From: Eledone cirrhosa | Taxonomy: Eukaryota | NCBI GenBank assembly: GCA_964016885.1 | Contig: OZ024742.1 | Span: forward strand, 83,948,001-84,012,000 | DNA length: 64,000 nt | Direction of reading: 5' to 3' | Shown: piece after piece, positions 1-19,398 of the stretch | How the letters are laid out: each line of letters starts with the position of its first letter | How positions within the stretch are numbered: the stretch's first letter is position 1 | Made by a program: the position numbers and the translations under genes | Notes under the pieces: model-generated | Databases searched by the model: none | The model's input: the letters and a program-made list of their open reading frames with translations, nothing else | What the model was told of the DNA's origin: nothing

Positions 1-1500
1 ATTTTTGGTGGATGAGTAGGTTAATTTTATAGTATGTCTATTGAAAATTGAGTGATACCTATGTGTTCTAGGGAAGCGATTATCAAGAGCATTAAAAAAT
101 AGTTTAGCGATGTGGGTTTTAATGTTTAGTGAGAAAGGGGGGGCAAACCATATTATATTCCTAGTTCTATTTCTTTTTTGGCTTTTGGAATTATTGTAAT
201 GCTTTCTATTATAGTTGTTAAAGTTGTTGCCGTAATTAAAATTGTTGTTATTTTGGTTAGTTTGTCTATTATTATCTATGTACATAATTTTATCACTATA
301 TCCTGCTCTAGCTAACGCTTCATTGTAATACTGGGCTTTTTCGTCGAAAATCTTTTTATTAGATGAGATTCTAGAGATACGATTTTGAACAGAGTTTACT
401 TATAGTATTTTTAACAGATCTGGGGTGGTTAGAGTTAAAGCTGACATAGTTTAAGTTTTCATTCAACTTGTGAAATGGATAGTGAAGACATGTGTTGAGA
501 TTTAATGTTACATCTAGGAAATTGACTATTCTATGGTTATTCTCAATTTCTATTTTTAGATTAAAGTAATTAAAAAATTGTGTAATTTGTTTTCTTTTTC
601 TATTTAGTTCAGAGTTATTATTTTCAATAAGTAAAAGCATGTCATCTCTATATAAACCTCCGGTAGCACCGGGTATTTTCCTATGCAGCGAATTGATTAA
701 AAATAGGCCCACAAGGTCAGTTACCTGAGCTGAGTCGGATGATCCCATAGTAATGTCGAAATTGTTATCTCTATCTGCTCTGGTCCATAGTTGGTCATTA
801 AATTCTGTCAATGTTTTCCTAGCCGATAATATAATGTGCATTTCATTGCTAGTTAGGTCTGTATGTTTGAATGCGTAATTTAGTGCCTTATTTAGTAGAT
901 TAGGGGTAATAGATGAATAATAGTTAGCGATATCTAGTTGAATAAACTTATTATTATTGTTATATTTAATTTCTTTAAACCACTCAACAACCTCTCCAGT
1001 TCCCTTCCACAAGCTCAAGTTAGGTACACAATTCAAGTTTTTAATTTGCTGTATCACCCTGTCTAGAATGTTTTTGCTTAGTTTACCCAGGTCTGATTTT
1101 GATGGTGCAATCAATCTGACTGGCAGGTCATTTTCAAAATTACTTTTGTGATCTTTCATATTGATCTTCGGTTTCCTGGGCACGAAAGGTTGTGTTCTGT
1201 TCTCAATTTCCAACTCATGCATTATACAAGATGCCTCAACATTCATTTTCTCAAGCTCGGCCTTATCTGCTACCTTGTACTTTTTCCTCAGTTCTTTCAG
1301 TATTAGGCCATTATACATGTCTTTTTGCACTCCATAGAGGTTGTTGGTCTTGTCAGATTTCACCAAGATCTTCTCAGTTTTCTCTAAGCTCTCAATATTA
1401 TCCTTAATGCCTTTCAGATATTCCTGGCCTTTGAAGTTTCTCTTGAATTTGACTCCTTGTATGATAGAAATTATATCGTTTTCAAAGTCAAATAAATATA
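1..1500 (-). mobile_element. Penelope-like retroelement (PLE) reverse transcriptase, frameshifted; possibly Hydra clade; runs off the left edge
   Basis: ORF 371-1366 has RT motifs FIQLDIANYYSSI, MGSSDSAQVTDLVG, GLYRDDML and VNFLDVTLNL..NHP. The frame is open upstream to ~1500 (DFENDIISIIQGVKF..ILVKSDKT). After a frameshift it continues at 1-180 as RNIIWFAPPFSLNIKTHIAKLFF..FPRTHRYHSIFNRHTIKLTYS. The clade call is from recalled motif similarity only. Confidence 0.85.
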
Positions 1501-1504
1501 GACA

Positions 1505-1560
<56 letters not shown>

Positions 1561-1561
<1 letters not shown>

Positions 1562-2340
1562 GGAAAAATTAGAAATAAGAGGGATCAGATGTTGTTTACT
1601 CGAGAGAAGGCTACGTTGGCATGGTCATGTGATGTGCATGAAAGACGACAGCTGTATAAAAAAGTGCAGGGCGATAAAAATAGATGGTAGCCACGGTGTA
1701 GGCAGACCCAGAAAAACCTAGGACGACTTGATAAATTCCGACCTCACACACTTACACCTCTCTAAGACAATGTCACTGAATCGAGATCTTTGGCGCTACA
1801 CAGTTATAAAGAAGACCCGCCTTGCCTAAGTACAAAGCGAAACCTACAGTCAGTAGGCACCTATAACAAAATACACCCCCGTCCCACTACCCCCACCCCC
1901 ATCCACACCACCCCCTTAAATGTGAAGTTATGTTGGTACCACAACATCCAGTCCAAAACAAATGAGGTCGTATAGGTGTCACAACAAAAAAACACACAGT
2001 CCACGCTGTAATGTGGCCGTGTAGGTAACACAGTAAAAACCTCCCAGTACACACTGTAAACGTGGTTGGTGTTGGGAAGGGCACCCAGCCGTAGAAAATC
2101 TGCCATACGTGTAGGTGTCACGACAGTAAAACACAGTCCACGCTGTAATGTGGCCGTGTAGGTAACACAGTAAAAACCTCCCAGTCCACACTGTAAACGT
2201 GGTTGGTGTTAGGAAGGGCATCCAGCCGTAGAAAACCCGCCAGACAGTCCTGAGCAAGACAACCAATCTTGCCTTAAGTGGGACAATTCCCGTCCAGACC
2301 CATGCTAGCGTTGCAAATGGACGTTAAACGATGATGATGA
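1561..2340 (+). mobile_element. 5'-truncated RTE-type LINE 3' end, same family as 47348-51514
   Basis: Encodes EKLEIRGIRCCLLERRLRWHGHVMCMKDDSCIKKCRAIKIDGSHGVGRPRKT*, nearly identical to the C-terminus of ORF 47787-48734. Shares the 3'UTR and ends in gacgttaaacgatgatgatga. Has an internal ~140-bp duplication (~1970-2245). Confidence 0.9.
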
Positions 2341-7152
<4,812 letters not shown>

Positions 7153-7759
7153 TAGATAAATCTACCAAGAGTTTACGGTAGTGTCCAATCCGTATGAAGA
7201 ACTCAATGTATTCCGGATATCATGGAAAGAAGAGATGTAATGAAAATCCACTTTCGGTGAAAGATAAATGGTATACAGAGTCAAGATAAAATATTAAACA
7301 AATAATGAACAAACAATTCCTTATATTAAACAAAAAAAGTTCACTATTTAACGATCGTTTCTAGGGCATATATGTGTTATAATTGGTATGCATATTTAAC
7401 AGATCTATGTACAAAATTATACAAAATTATACAAATTATCAAGATTAAATATACATACCTAACTCATATATACGCCGTCTTCAGAAATAATGAAGTATAT
7501 TTATTGATAATAACAACAATTCAAAATGTCAGTTCAAAATTGACCAATAAAAACACAAAGGGTAAAAAACAGTTTGGTGTGTGTATATACATGCAAAAAC
7601 CTTACACATATTTTACAATAATGTGTGTATAATTTGTATGTGTATACTAAAAAGATGGATGTAAACACAAAATTTCAAGGTTAATATCTCTGTAAGCTTA
7701 ATGCGCTGATAAGATACGCAAAGATACTTATGGAGTCAAGCATATAAATATATTTTTTT

Positions 7760-8261
7760 CATACTCACACATATCAGTATAATCACACATACATGTGCGT
7801 ATATGCATAAATATACACATAACCACGAACATACAAACACACACACTCCCCCACTCACATTTATATATGTGGATATAAAATCATAAGCAAATAGAAATTA
7901 AGTCACTCACATAAAAACACTGGTACACACATTTCAAGATCAAGATACAGAAATTAGGTGGGAGGGGGGGGGAGGGGTCAGTATTAGATTGTCAGACCAG
8001 ACAGCCTAAAATAAATGTATCTATAAATTAAGAAAAATAAAAAAATAAAAATAAAAACAATAAAATATAATAAATGTATATACACATACAGATATACATA
8101 CACATACATACATGTACGCGCACATAGAGATATCTACACATACATACATACACACATACCTATACTGTCATACGCACACATACATTTACACGAACATACA
8201 CATACACATATAAAAAGATATAAATACACACACACTCACGCGCAACACATACACACATACA

Positions 8262-8299
<38 letters not shown>

Positions 8300-8413
8300 T
8301 ATACACACACACATAGACTACATATATATATATATATATACACATATACATATATATATAAACATATATATCCCCACACTCATACCACCATAAATATACA
8401 TACAAACACCCAC

Positions 8414-8449
<36 letters not shown>

Positions 8450-8829
8450 ACATACACACACGTACACATATATATATATATATATACACATATATACACA
8501 TACACACATATATATACACACACATAAAAAAACAGACATGCACATATATACACACACATATATATATATATTTCATTACTCTTATATATACACATAGTAT
8601 ATATACATACACAACCTCACTTATACACATATACACATAAGTTATATTACAATAATAATAAAGAATAATATATATATATATATATACATATATACACACA
8701 TATACATATATACACATACATATATATATACACACACATACATACACATACATACATACACCTAAACATATACATACATAAATACACACATACGAATAAA
8801 GACATATATTCACACATAGATACCCATAT

Positions 8830-8865
<36 letters not shown>

Positions 8866-9440
8866 ATATATATACACATACATACATACATATATATACA
8901 CACATATATACACATACACACACACACACACACACAGACACACATACACACTCACATATACATATATATATATATGTGTATGTGAGTGTGCGCAAATACA
9001 TATATATATACACACACACATACAAACACACACAAACACATACATATGCATATATGCACACACACACACATATATCACATAGATATGAAGATAAACATAT
9101 AAATAGAGAGACATACGAATATATACAGAACCCATATACACATACATACGACCACGCATATACATATATATACATATATACACATATATATATTCCTATA
9201 TACAAGCATACACATACATACACATATATACATATACATACACATATACATACCACACATTCACATACACATACAATACATATATATACATATATATACA
9301 TACACATGTATGTACAATCATATATACACACTCAATCTTACATTCATATTTACATGCTCATATATGTATTTTTATATTTAGAAATAAATACCAAAACCTA
9401 TATAGACACCCACCTACACATATATTCATACATATACTCT
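7760..9440. repeat. Degenerate (CA)/(TA) low-complexity region
   Basis: Cryptic acac/atat simple repeats throughout. Confidence 0.85.
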
Positions 9441-9748
9441 TACAAAAACAGATTATAATAGTATGGGGGAAAGGGGGGGTTTGGAGAAGGGGATCAAAGT
9501 AAATATTTGTTTCAAGAAACATATAATATTTTCCGTATCTTAATTCAATGTATGTTCTTACATATTTTCAGTGCTAGGAAATACGAAATCTATGCATCCC
9601 AAAATAAAAAAGTATACCATTAATCATATGTTAACTAAACCAAAGATAGTCAACATATTGATTTCCAAGGTGTAAATTAGTTAGGTTTATAATATTTGAA
9701 GCAAAATTATGAAGTCAAACAGTAGTAGATTATTAATTACATTATAAC

Positions 9749-9948
9749 NNNNNNNNNNNNNNNNNNNNNNNNNNNNNNNNNNNNNNNNNNNNNNNNNNNN
9801 NNNNNNNNNNNNNNNNNNNNNNNNNNNNNNNNNNNNNNNNNNNNNNNNNNNNNNNNNNNNNNNNNNNNNNNNNNNNNNNNNNNNNNNNNNNNNNNNNNNN
9901 NNNNNNNNNNNNNNNNNNNNNNNNNNNNNNNNNNNNNNNNNNNNNNNN
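9749..9948. other. Assembly gap (200 N)
   Basis: Run of n. Sequence on either side may not be contiguous as shown. Confidence 1.
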
Positions 9949-10686
9949 CTTAGCGACTGCTTCTCGATGACATCTATGGCCACCACACAGGCCATTCGGG
10001 GAGGGTGGTGATGACCTCTATCACTGAGAATCGCGGGTGACTGACGAAAGGCATGCTGGGGAAGGGAGTTTCGAATTTGAACGAAATCGGTTGAAAAATG
10101 TAGGAGCTAGAGCTGAAAAGGCGAAATTTGAGCGAAAAGGTGGTATTTTCGAATATTTAAGCAAAATATAAAGCCATTACAGGATGTGCAATGAAAAATG
10201 TAAAGCCACTTTAAGACGTGAAATAATCAGATCTAGCGTAGTGTAAAATTTGTACAAAGTAGGTTGATTAATGTGGGAGCTAAGAGCCGAAAAAGTGGAA
10301 ATTGAGTCTAAAAGTGTATTTTTGAATATTTGAGTGGCTGCCACGTTCAGTCCCTGAACAACAAATGCAAAATATAAAACAATTACAGGATGTGCAATGA
10401 TAAATTCTATTTTGCTTTAAAATCTGAACGAAATCGGTGGCAAAAGTGGGAGCTAGAGCCAAAAATCTTATTTTTCGATACCTAAAAAAGTGACCCCCTA
10501 TCGATTCTTATCTGCAGAATGATCTCGGAATAAAAAAAAAAAACAACGATACGCTGATATATAAAAACACTCCCCGATGACTAATCTATGAGCCTGTAAA
10601 GTTTCATGAAAACGGTCGAAGATGTAGGCGCCTATAGGTAATACACACACACACACACACACACACACGCGCGCACACACACACAC

Positions 10687-10718
<32 letters not shown>

Positions 10719-10783
10719 ACACACACACACACACCACACACACACACACACACACTCACATACTTAATTTATACATATACAGA
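9949..10783 (-). mobile_element. Probable non-autonomous Helitron/Helentron-like element
   Basis: The minus-strand end atctgtatatgtataaattaag followed by (GT)n resembles the Helitron start at 59774. Internal subrepeats ...ggagctagagc (~10100, ~10275, ~10450) and attacaggatgtgcaatga (~10176, ~10382). Confidence 0.45.
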
Positions 10784-12706
10784 TAGTGATCGACAATCAT
10801 TTTCGTGATTTACTCCGGGGCGACTGTATTTCATATATAATTGTATATACACCATATACACACGCAAACACATATATATACACACACACACGCACGCACA
10901 CACACACACACACGTATATATATATAGCATATAGGTTTTCAATGGACCAGTCACTGGTTTACGGCATTTCTAGTGGCAAGAGTGCAAGCTGGGTGCAGAA
11001 CAAATACCAAATAGACAAGTACTGTTAGCAGCACAGTTTCCTTCAGTTTTCTAACTGATGTTTAGCCGATATACATAGACGAAATATGCATCTAAACTTA
11101 TATACATGACAGGCATCCACAAGGTTTACATTAACTCAAGAATATTCAACTACTTACAAACTGATTTCATTGAGTAGGTATTTCCAAGGATCAAACTTCT
11201 GTTTTTGATTAGTGCCTGGTTAGTTATCATGGAGCCGACCTTAGTTAAAAGGTAGTTCCACACCGTCTTATGTCTTTACAGACGTAATATCTCTCGTTGT
11301 ACATGATCCATGTATACAACTCGAGGGAAAATCCGCTGCTATTTCTATCAGTTCGAGCAATTACACTGGGAAACGACAGTTCGAAATCCGAGATCACAAG
11401 AAGTCTAAAAGACAAAAAGAAAACGGTAGCTCAAAATCTGTTATTTTTCTATATTCCTCTCTTTCACATTACGGGCGGTGGTGCTCGGATGTGTAACCGA
11501 AGCGTCGAGGCTGGAGGTAGAGAAGTGTTGTAGTGCGTATCATCACAGATTAGAGATTTACCTCGTTCGAACGGGAAGAAGGTTATCCCGACTGAGCATT
11601 TACCATCACCACGCTTAAGGCCAGCAGGCTATATATATATAAGCCATTAACGACTGTGAAACATTAGCTGGTCTTAAGTTGTGGTTATAGTGTGATATTA
11701 GCTGTACGTAGACGTAGAACCAGGCTACCGTTGGTGTATAAAAAATTGCATTAATATTGCAAGAGTTAGTTAATACATATATGTTATTGGACATTCTTGA
11801 CCTAAGCATATCTATGAACAATGGTGTTTCAGCCACGACCATCCCGTCTTTTATACAGTAATAATGTATCTAGGATTACATTATCCAATGTGATCTACGT
11901 TTATCTTAATTTGAAGGAAACTTGCTCGCTATTTCCAGCAGGTGAAGCGTATTTTCTGAGGTTTGTCCCAAACATGCCGCACATATATATATGTATATAT
12001 CATTTTTATGCGAGTGAATATGGTTTCGGAAAGGTGAATATTTAGAATTAAAAATAAAGTCTGTTACTTGGAAACGTTGCCAAATGTACTTTTCATATGA
12101 TGAAGTCATCTGATCAAAAACAGACATTTTGTGACGAATAAAAGCAAGCGGAAAAATAAAGGGAAAAAATCGTTCCAGATAATCGTTCGAAATATCTATA
12201 AACTGTGAATTTCTCAGAAACCTAATTGCAGGCCATAAGTTCACGAAGACATTTTTTTACCATTTTGGAATTTATATTTTGTAATCCGCTAAACTTATTT
12301 ATAGTTGGTGAATAATAAATATACGAAGTAGATGGAAGAATAAATCGATAGGAAAGTAGATAAAGAGAGAAAGAGATAAATATATAAACTGTTAAAACAT
12401 TGCTGGAAGATTAAATCTCCGAAGAAGTAAACCTTCACCAAAAGATTATAATGACAACAATAACAATTGTAACAACAATAAAAACAATAACAATAAAATA
12501 TTAGAATATTTGAGAAGAATGTTTCTGTTTATTCAGACTATTGTTCATAGTTTAAAAAAAAAAAAAAAAGTCACAGGTGCATGAAGGCTTCCGGTTTAGT
12601 TAAAATACTGGTTGCTTTTGTAAAAATTGTCTGGAGATTAAATGGGATTAGCAGTGAGGAATAATGTTAGTGGTTATTTGAAAGACCATATATTATAAGC
12701 TTATTG

Positions 12707-13078
<372 letters not shown>

Positions 13079-13477
13079 GCTGACACGTACATTCATACCC
13101 AGACACAGGCATACATATTGACATGTTTACATACATGGACACGAAAAAATATATATACATGCACGATTATATATACTTCTATAGTAATTATATTAATGAA
13201 TCATTAATTAATTGCGGGGAACATAATAAATAAAGTTCTTGTCAGTATATAAAAAGACTTTACATTTGAACTTCTCTTTAAGAGGTTGCTGTCCTCACCG
13301 CTACAGAATGACCGTTCCAAACCAACCTACAGTAGGTTCTCTTTATCAAATTCCTTCTCTAGCTTCTTCTGCTTTCTTTTCGATTTGGTTTTCTGTTTTC
13401 CTTTATTTATTTCTATTCCTTTTTTGCCATATCTTCTTTCTTTCTTCCTTTCTTTTCTTACTTTTTTTCGTTTTATG

Positions 13478-14420
13478 TCTTCTTCTTCTTCTTCTTCTTC
13501 TTCTTCTTCTTCTTCTTCTTCTTCTTCTTCTTCTTCTTCTTCTTCTTCTTCTTCTTCTTCTTCTTCTTCTTCTTCTTCTTCTTCTTCTTCTTCTTCTTCT
13601 TCTTCTTCTTCTTCTTCTTCTTCTTCTTCTTCTTCTTCTTCTTCCTTCTTCTTCTTCTCCCTGAGAGGGTCGTGGAAGCCGAGTCCTCAAACACTCATTC
13701 GAGCGGGTCCTTTTAGAAGTAACCGTCTCCATCTGAGACCAGCCAAGTTCATAGATGTTATCAAACCAGCTTGCTCCGGGTCTACCCCTGGGCCTCCACG
13801 CTGTTGGTTTGTCCGTAAATTATGTCCAGCGATGCTTTCTTGAGACATTCTAACCACACCCACATAGAATCGGAGCTGTGATCTCTCAATTTGGGGTCTC
13901 TACTTGGAATGAATCTGTGATCCCTGACCTACGCACTCTATCGAGTAACGTTACCCCCAAACACCCTTCGGAGTAACCCCATTTCGGCCGCATGTATTCG
14001 CGATCGTATATTACCCAAGATTCATGACCATGGGTAAGGGTTGACACGAATACCGAATTGAAGATAGCGAGTTTGGCTTCTATGCCTAGATCCCTTATTC
14101 TGATTACCGAATGCAGAAGCTGGTGCATTACTGCACTAGCTCCAGCACTTCTTGCACTTAATTCAGCCTCCTGCCTTCCATCACTCCTAAAAACGGCACC
14201 GAGATACTTGAACTTCTCCACCTGCTTCAGTGAAACTCCATTCACATGTAGAGTGTAGAGCACAGGTTTCCTTGAGAGGACGAATATCTCACTTTTCGCA
14301 GCACTGGTTTTCTTTCATTCCAGCCAAGCAGCATTGTGCATCAAACCTATCAAGTGCAAGTCGGAGCTCACCTTTCAAGTTCAGAAAAAAACATCTCGTC
14401 AGCATATGCTTCGCTTCTGA
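13478..14420 (-). mobile_element. Degenerate RTE-type LINE 3' fragment with expanded (GAA)n tail
   Basis: ORF 13886-14263 reads LKQVEKFKYLGAVFRSDGRQEAELSAR..KLAIFNSVFVSTLTHGHESW (RT thumb region). The (CTT)n at 13478-13658 lies at the element's 3' end. Confidence 0.8.
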
Positions 14421-14459
14421 TGATTTCATTATAAGGAATTACTGTCCCTTTTCATTCTA

Positions 14460-14800
14460 AGAGCCAATCAAGTGGCTATTCTGCTAGATAGGAGATTCAG
14501 TCGTTAACCCCTAGAGTTTTAGAATTGCTTGTATTTATCAGTAGGTGTAGGCTGGTTCGTTTCTTGACGGTTATCGTGGACTATGTCTTCCTTCCATTCT
14601 CTTCCCCTACTTATATTTATTGTCCTGATTGTCTTTGATCCACATCCTCTTGGTTGATTGTTATAGTTTGTTTCCCAGGATTATGCTTTTGATAACGTCC
14701 CTGTAGAATCTTTTGGTATTTGAATACAATAATATATTCTGTTATACTTTGTTAAAGTCTTCCTTTTACTAAGGCTGCTAGCAGGGTCGCTTTTTCCCTG
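14460..14800 (-). mobile_element. Highly degenerate non-LTR retrotransposon fragment (possibly R4/Dong-like RT N-terminal region)
   Basis: Broken frames give NTKRFYRD, ILGNKL..MWIKD and NTSNSKTLGVND, resembling FY../IWG/WI/SNWKAPGPD motifs. Many stops. Confidence 0.3.
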
Positions 14801-16246
14801 TTCCTGCTGAATCCCCTTCTTTTCATTTCGTTACGTTAAGACAAGTCATTTTTTCTTCCTTTCGGTTTTATGTATATTTTTCATTCCTCTTTTGGGGGTG
14901 GGTGGGACTTCAATAAAAGTCTATCTCCATTAGAGTAAAAGTCAGTTTTCATTGATACTACCACTTATACTGAACAAGTCAGATCATTCATTGTGTAGAT
15001 ACTTAGGCAGTTATATTTAATTGGCTATAGCGAGGATACCCATATGTTTTTGTTTTGTATATGAGCGAACCATAATTGTTTAAATATATTTTCATATACA
15101 CCGCTATTGGGTAGATAGTTGTCGTGAACAGAAATTCTTTTAGAGCCATATTCATTATTTTGTAAAACTACTTGTTTATTTGTGGGTAGGTGCTCACGCT
15201 GGTCCATTTTCATTTATTTCGTTATATCCTCCTTAATTATTTTGGACTGTTTGTTGTGATCGACCATTTTATTGGAAACAGAATATTTATATACTTTAGA
15301 GATTTTGTGGAACCAATCTTCTTTACTTTACACCTACTCTCTATGTTTAATTTCATTTGAATTTGGTAGTGAACTAAATAGTCCATCAAAACTCCTACGT
15401 TAATGTTTAATTCTAACTCAACAGAAGACCACCTGGAACCTGTTGCGGAATGGTAGATATGTGCACATTTTATGGGGCCATAAATCATTCAATAAGCGAA
15501 GGTTTGATAATTTTCATTATTAATTAATGAATACATTAGCAGAATTGTTAGAAGGTGGACCAAATATTTGATGCATTCAGAAATGTCTTTTTACATTTCA
15601 GTGGAGCCAAATTCCCATTTAGTCATAAAGAGATTGATAAAAGTAGTACTAATAAAGTACTGAAGAAATTTTAAGATATTTATCCTTACTCTGAAAGTTA
15701 TAGCTTTGTTCCTATGTTAGAAATCGTCTTTAGTAAGAAAACATAAGGCTAGCTTTGGCAGGAAGATGGTAATTTGATATCTACCTATAACAGTTTGACA
15801 AGATGTTCAGTGGTCATGCAGTTGTTATCTACCTATGTATCTATCTTCGGAGAATACATAGAACATCTATCTATGAACAGAACATCTATCTATAGATAGA
15901 CAAACAGATAGATAGATAGATAGGTAGATACATAGATAGATAGAACAATGTTATTGTAATTTAGCTGATATACATGCTTCAGAACGATTAAAGCATACGT
16001 GGAAGAAAATTATTGCAATTGATTTAAATGAATGCACCATGGTAAAATGAAATACGGCAATTGTCGGAGTAATAAGATGGTCAAGGAAAATCAAAGATTC
16101 ACATATCTTTTCATAGGATGTTGTAATCAAGGAATTATTAGATTGAATCTTTTTTTACTATAAGTCTCACCATTTTTACGGGTAATAAGCTAATTAATAT
16201 ATAATCAATAACTAACTCTACCATTTCTTTACAGAGGTTTGGCAAC

Positions 16247-16310
16247 ATGTCATTAAATATATTTTTCCTAATTATGAGTTGCCTAATTCGGGATACAATG
16301 TCACATGTTC
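16247..16310 (+). CDS. Predicted first coding exon of a secreted multi-chitin-binding-domain protein (signal peptide MSLNIFFLIMSCLIRDTMSHV)
   Basis: Acceptor ccatttctttacag at 16234, caacATG context, hydrophobic N-terminus and phase-1 donor c|gtaagt. Joins in frame to 21272. Confidence 0.65.
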
Positions 16311-16893
16311 GTAAGTATTTGTATATTTTATATGCATCAATTTAACATATTTATTTCGGAATATTGATTCCGGATTAACTTATAATTAAGAAAATCTAAA
16401 TGAATATAATCAATATAATGATATATTGATAATTTACAAACACCATTTTCTGAAGTGGAATATATTTAACAAACTCTTCCAATAATCTGCATCTTGTCCA
16501 GTTGTATACGTATGTTAGCGTACATGAAAGTGGAGCTGCATTAAAAATGTGACAAGCATTTCTAAAAAAAGCAAACAAACAAAAATCGATATAAAAGAAA
16601 TCCTTATGAAAGAAATTCCCGAAAGAATAATTTAATCAGTACTGTAAGACGTAGAAAGAAAACTGCATATCTGTCAATGTTTGATGCATAGGTTTAAGTG
16701 AAAGATCACAAAAGCACTTTGGGTATGTTCTCTAGAAGCTATGCGACTCACAACAAACCACCCTACCCATTGGTATGCGATCTTCTTTGTTATACACTCG
16801 AAGATAAGCATTTTCCCTTAGTATTTAGGTATAAATCTGACAGAACGTTAAGTATATTTCATCACAATGACGAAGCATTACAATGTCGATATG

Positions 16894-16937
<44 letters not shown>

Positions 16938-17239
16938 GATCAACCTATTTACGAAGAAGTGTGCTTAGCTCTAGGGAAATGGCTATAGAGAGCTGTTTCC
17001 AAAGCAACAACACTACTTTAAATAAACCATAAATCACCAGAAACTTTTACCAAAGAACTGAATATACTTCAACTATTACTATTACCTATAATTATAGTAG
17101 TAGTACTATTGAGATATGGTTGTAGCTGCCGACAAAGAAGACGGCAGTGGCTACATTGATACCTGTCGTAGATTATTAGATATCAGTAGGAGTAATTGCG
17201 TGTGGGTAGTAGCTATCATAATGTGTTGGTGAAAATGTG

Positions 17240-17545
17240 CGTGGCATAGGGGTTAGGGTATTCGGTTCAAGATCGGATGGTCGTGAGTTTGATTCCCGCC
17301 GTTGTGTTGTCTTTGTACAAACACATTATTTTACCGTTGCTCCAGTCAACTCAGCTGGCAAAAATTAGTTGTACTTGTAAATTCAAGGGCCAGATATTTC
17401 ACAGACTGTCATACTGAATTTCCCTGAGAATGCGTTATGAGTATATGCCTGTAGGATGCTATGCCACCTATACGTTAATTTCAAGGGAAGGCTGATCTGT
17501 TGTTCAAACAACTGGAATCGTTACCGAAGGTGGTTCAACAACAAT
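17240..17545 (+). mobile_element. tRNA-derived SINE
   Basis: A-box-like gtggcataggggtt, B-box-like gagtttgattccc, body ttgctccagtcaactcagctggcaaaaa and an (AAC)n tail. Confidence 0.7.
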
Positions 17546-17903
17546 GTGGTGATATAGTGGTAAATTCTTAGAAGAGTTACTTGTTTACACCATCATAAGG
17601 ATGTCTATGATGTAAACGTTTACAGTAAATCTCTTGACAAACGGAAATCAATTTGACTAGTGTTTCGTAGTCAGTACATATTCAGTTCAACACATCGTAA
17701 ATTAGTGTATCTCACAGGGGAAAGTCGTATTAGCAAGAGATTGAAACATCTGTTTAGTAACAATACAGAATACTGTTTGATTTCGTTTCCAAGCAAAGAC
17801 ATGCATGCATGCATGTATGTATGTATGTATGTATGTATGTATGTATGTATGTATGTATGTATGTATGTATGTATGTATGTATGTATGTATGTATGTATGT
17901 ATG

Positions 17904-18471
17904 TCAGGTCACCAGTTGGTGCTACTGGTAACATGTATCCCAGTACAACCTGTCTCATGGTCGGGTCGTTGGCGACTAAACTGGCAACCCCACCAGGACT
18001 AAAAACAAAACCTGTCAAAGGGCAAAGGAGCTCTTAAGAGTCAATGGCCATCCAAAATCACCGGGAGAGATGACCCCTTAGCCTTTGTCAAGGCAGAATT
18101 CTAGGAGAAGGAAAACTCTGATATAACACCTGCAACCCTGATGGTATCCAATGATGTTGACTTGTTCTTCTTTTTGGTAAATATCATCTTGGTTAAGAGA
18201 GTGGGACTGGCTTTGTGCAGTGTCTTTGCTCACTATAAAAGCTTCACGGCACAGGCATTGCTTTATATCTGGAGATCTCTCTGCACTTGTCGTCACATGG
18301 TACCATGGGCCCAGCACTATGTGTCAATAATTGTCACAAGTGTAGTGTTTGTACCAGAGTTTTCAAGTCGCTGGCTGGACTAAAAAGTCACACTTGTTCA
18401 GCGCATCGGTAGGGGTTCTCCTACATGGATATAAAGTAGTGGCCGTACTCGAAAACGAGTTGGCAGCCACC
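17904..18471 (+). mobile_element. Non-autonomous RTE-related element; further copies at 19459-19734 and 19760-20170
   Basis: Three near-identical copies end in ggccgtactcgaaaacgagttggcagccaccat and sit in TATG/TA microsatellites. The 5' part matches the intronic element of the exon array. Confidence 0.7.
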
Positions 18472-18478
18472 ATGTATA

Positions 18479-18519
<41 letters not shown>

Positions 18520-18596
18520 AGAGTGGGAGCCAATATAGCGATTGTTGGTCCAAGATAGACTACTTTCCTTATCTATATTACTCTATGCATACATAC

Positions 18597-18627
<31 letters not shown>

Positions 18628-18819
18628 TGTATGTATGTATGTATGTATGTATGTATGTATGTATGTATGTATGTATGTATGTCGGGTCACTCTTGAGTGC
18701 TACTGGTAACATGCAGGACAAAAAACAAAACCTGACAAAGGGCGGAAGAACTCATAAGAGTCAACGGCTATCCAAAAGTGTGTAAATATGTATATACACA
18801 TGTACATATGTATGTGTAT

Positions 18820-19398
18820 GAGGGAAAGGCATCTCGAATCGCATACGAGAAAGTAAAGCGGGATGTGCGGAGGGGCATTGCTGTTGCACTTCCAGACGGT
18901 GAAGGTCCTCCTATGGTGCTGACATGCAGAGTCTGTGCGAGACTCTGCCTAAGCAAAGCTGGACTCGAAAGTCATCTTCGCAGTCATAAAGTAAGACCAG
19001 TGGTTGACTACCAGGCTGCTGTTGGAGATGCTACTCATCATGCTTGCCAAGCATGTGGTAGAGAATGTAAATCAGCAGGAGGGCTCAAACGATATGCAAA
19101 AGTACATGAACTCCAACCACAACCGGCTATTCCCAGTGAATGTTTTTGGTTGCCGACTCTGTGCAAGACATTTTAGATCATTGGCTGGGCTAAAAAGCCA
19201 CATTCGATTTAATTGCTATCGTGTGTCTGTGTGTGTATAGATATGTTTGTGTGTGTGCGTGTGTGTGTATATATATATATGTATATTATTATTGTTGTTG
19301 TTGTCGTTATTATTATTGTTGTTATTATTATTACTATTATTATGTTTTTTTTCTCGTGCAATGGCCATACTCGACAACGAGGGGGCAGCCATCATCAT
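18820..19398 (+). mobile_element. RTE-like LINE 3' end encoding three C2H2-type zinc fingers
   Basis: CRVCARLCLSKAGLESHLRSH, CQACGRECKSAGGLKRYAKVH and (frameshifted) CRLCARHFRSLAGLKSHIRF. 3' terminus ggccatactcgacaacgagggggcagccatcatcat. Confidence 0.6.

Noticed and set aside
13239-13843. Poly-L/S/R/K ORFs
   Set aside because: They come from the (CTT)n tail of a LINE.
17240-17300. tRNA gene
   Set aside because: Only A/B-box-like motifs are present, without a cloverleaf, and the sequence continues into a SINE body.
18778-19240. Host C2H2 zinc-finger transcription factor gene
   Set aside because: There are no TGEKP linkers, the frame is shifted, it begins in a microsatellite and it ends in a LINE-type 3' terminus.
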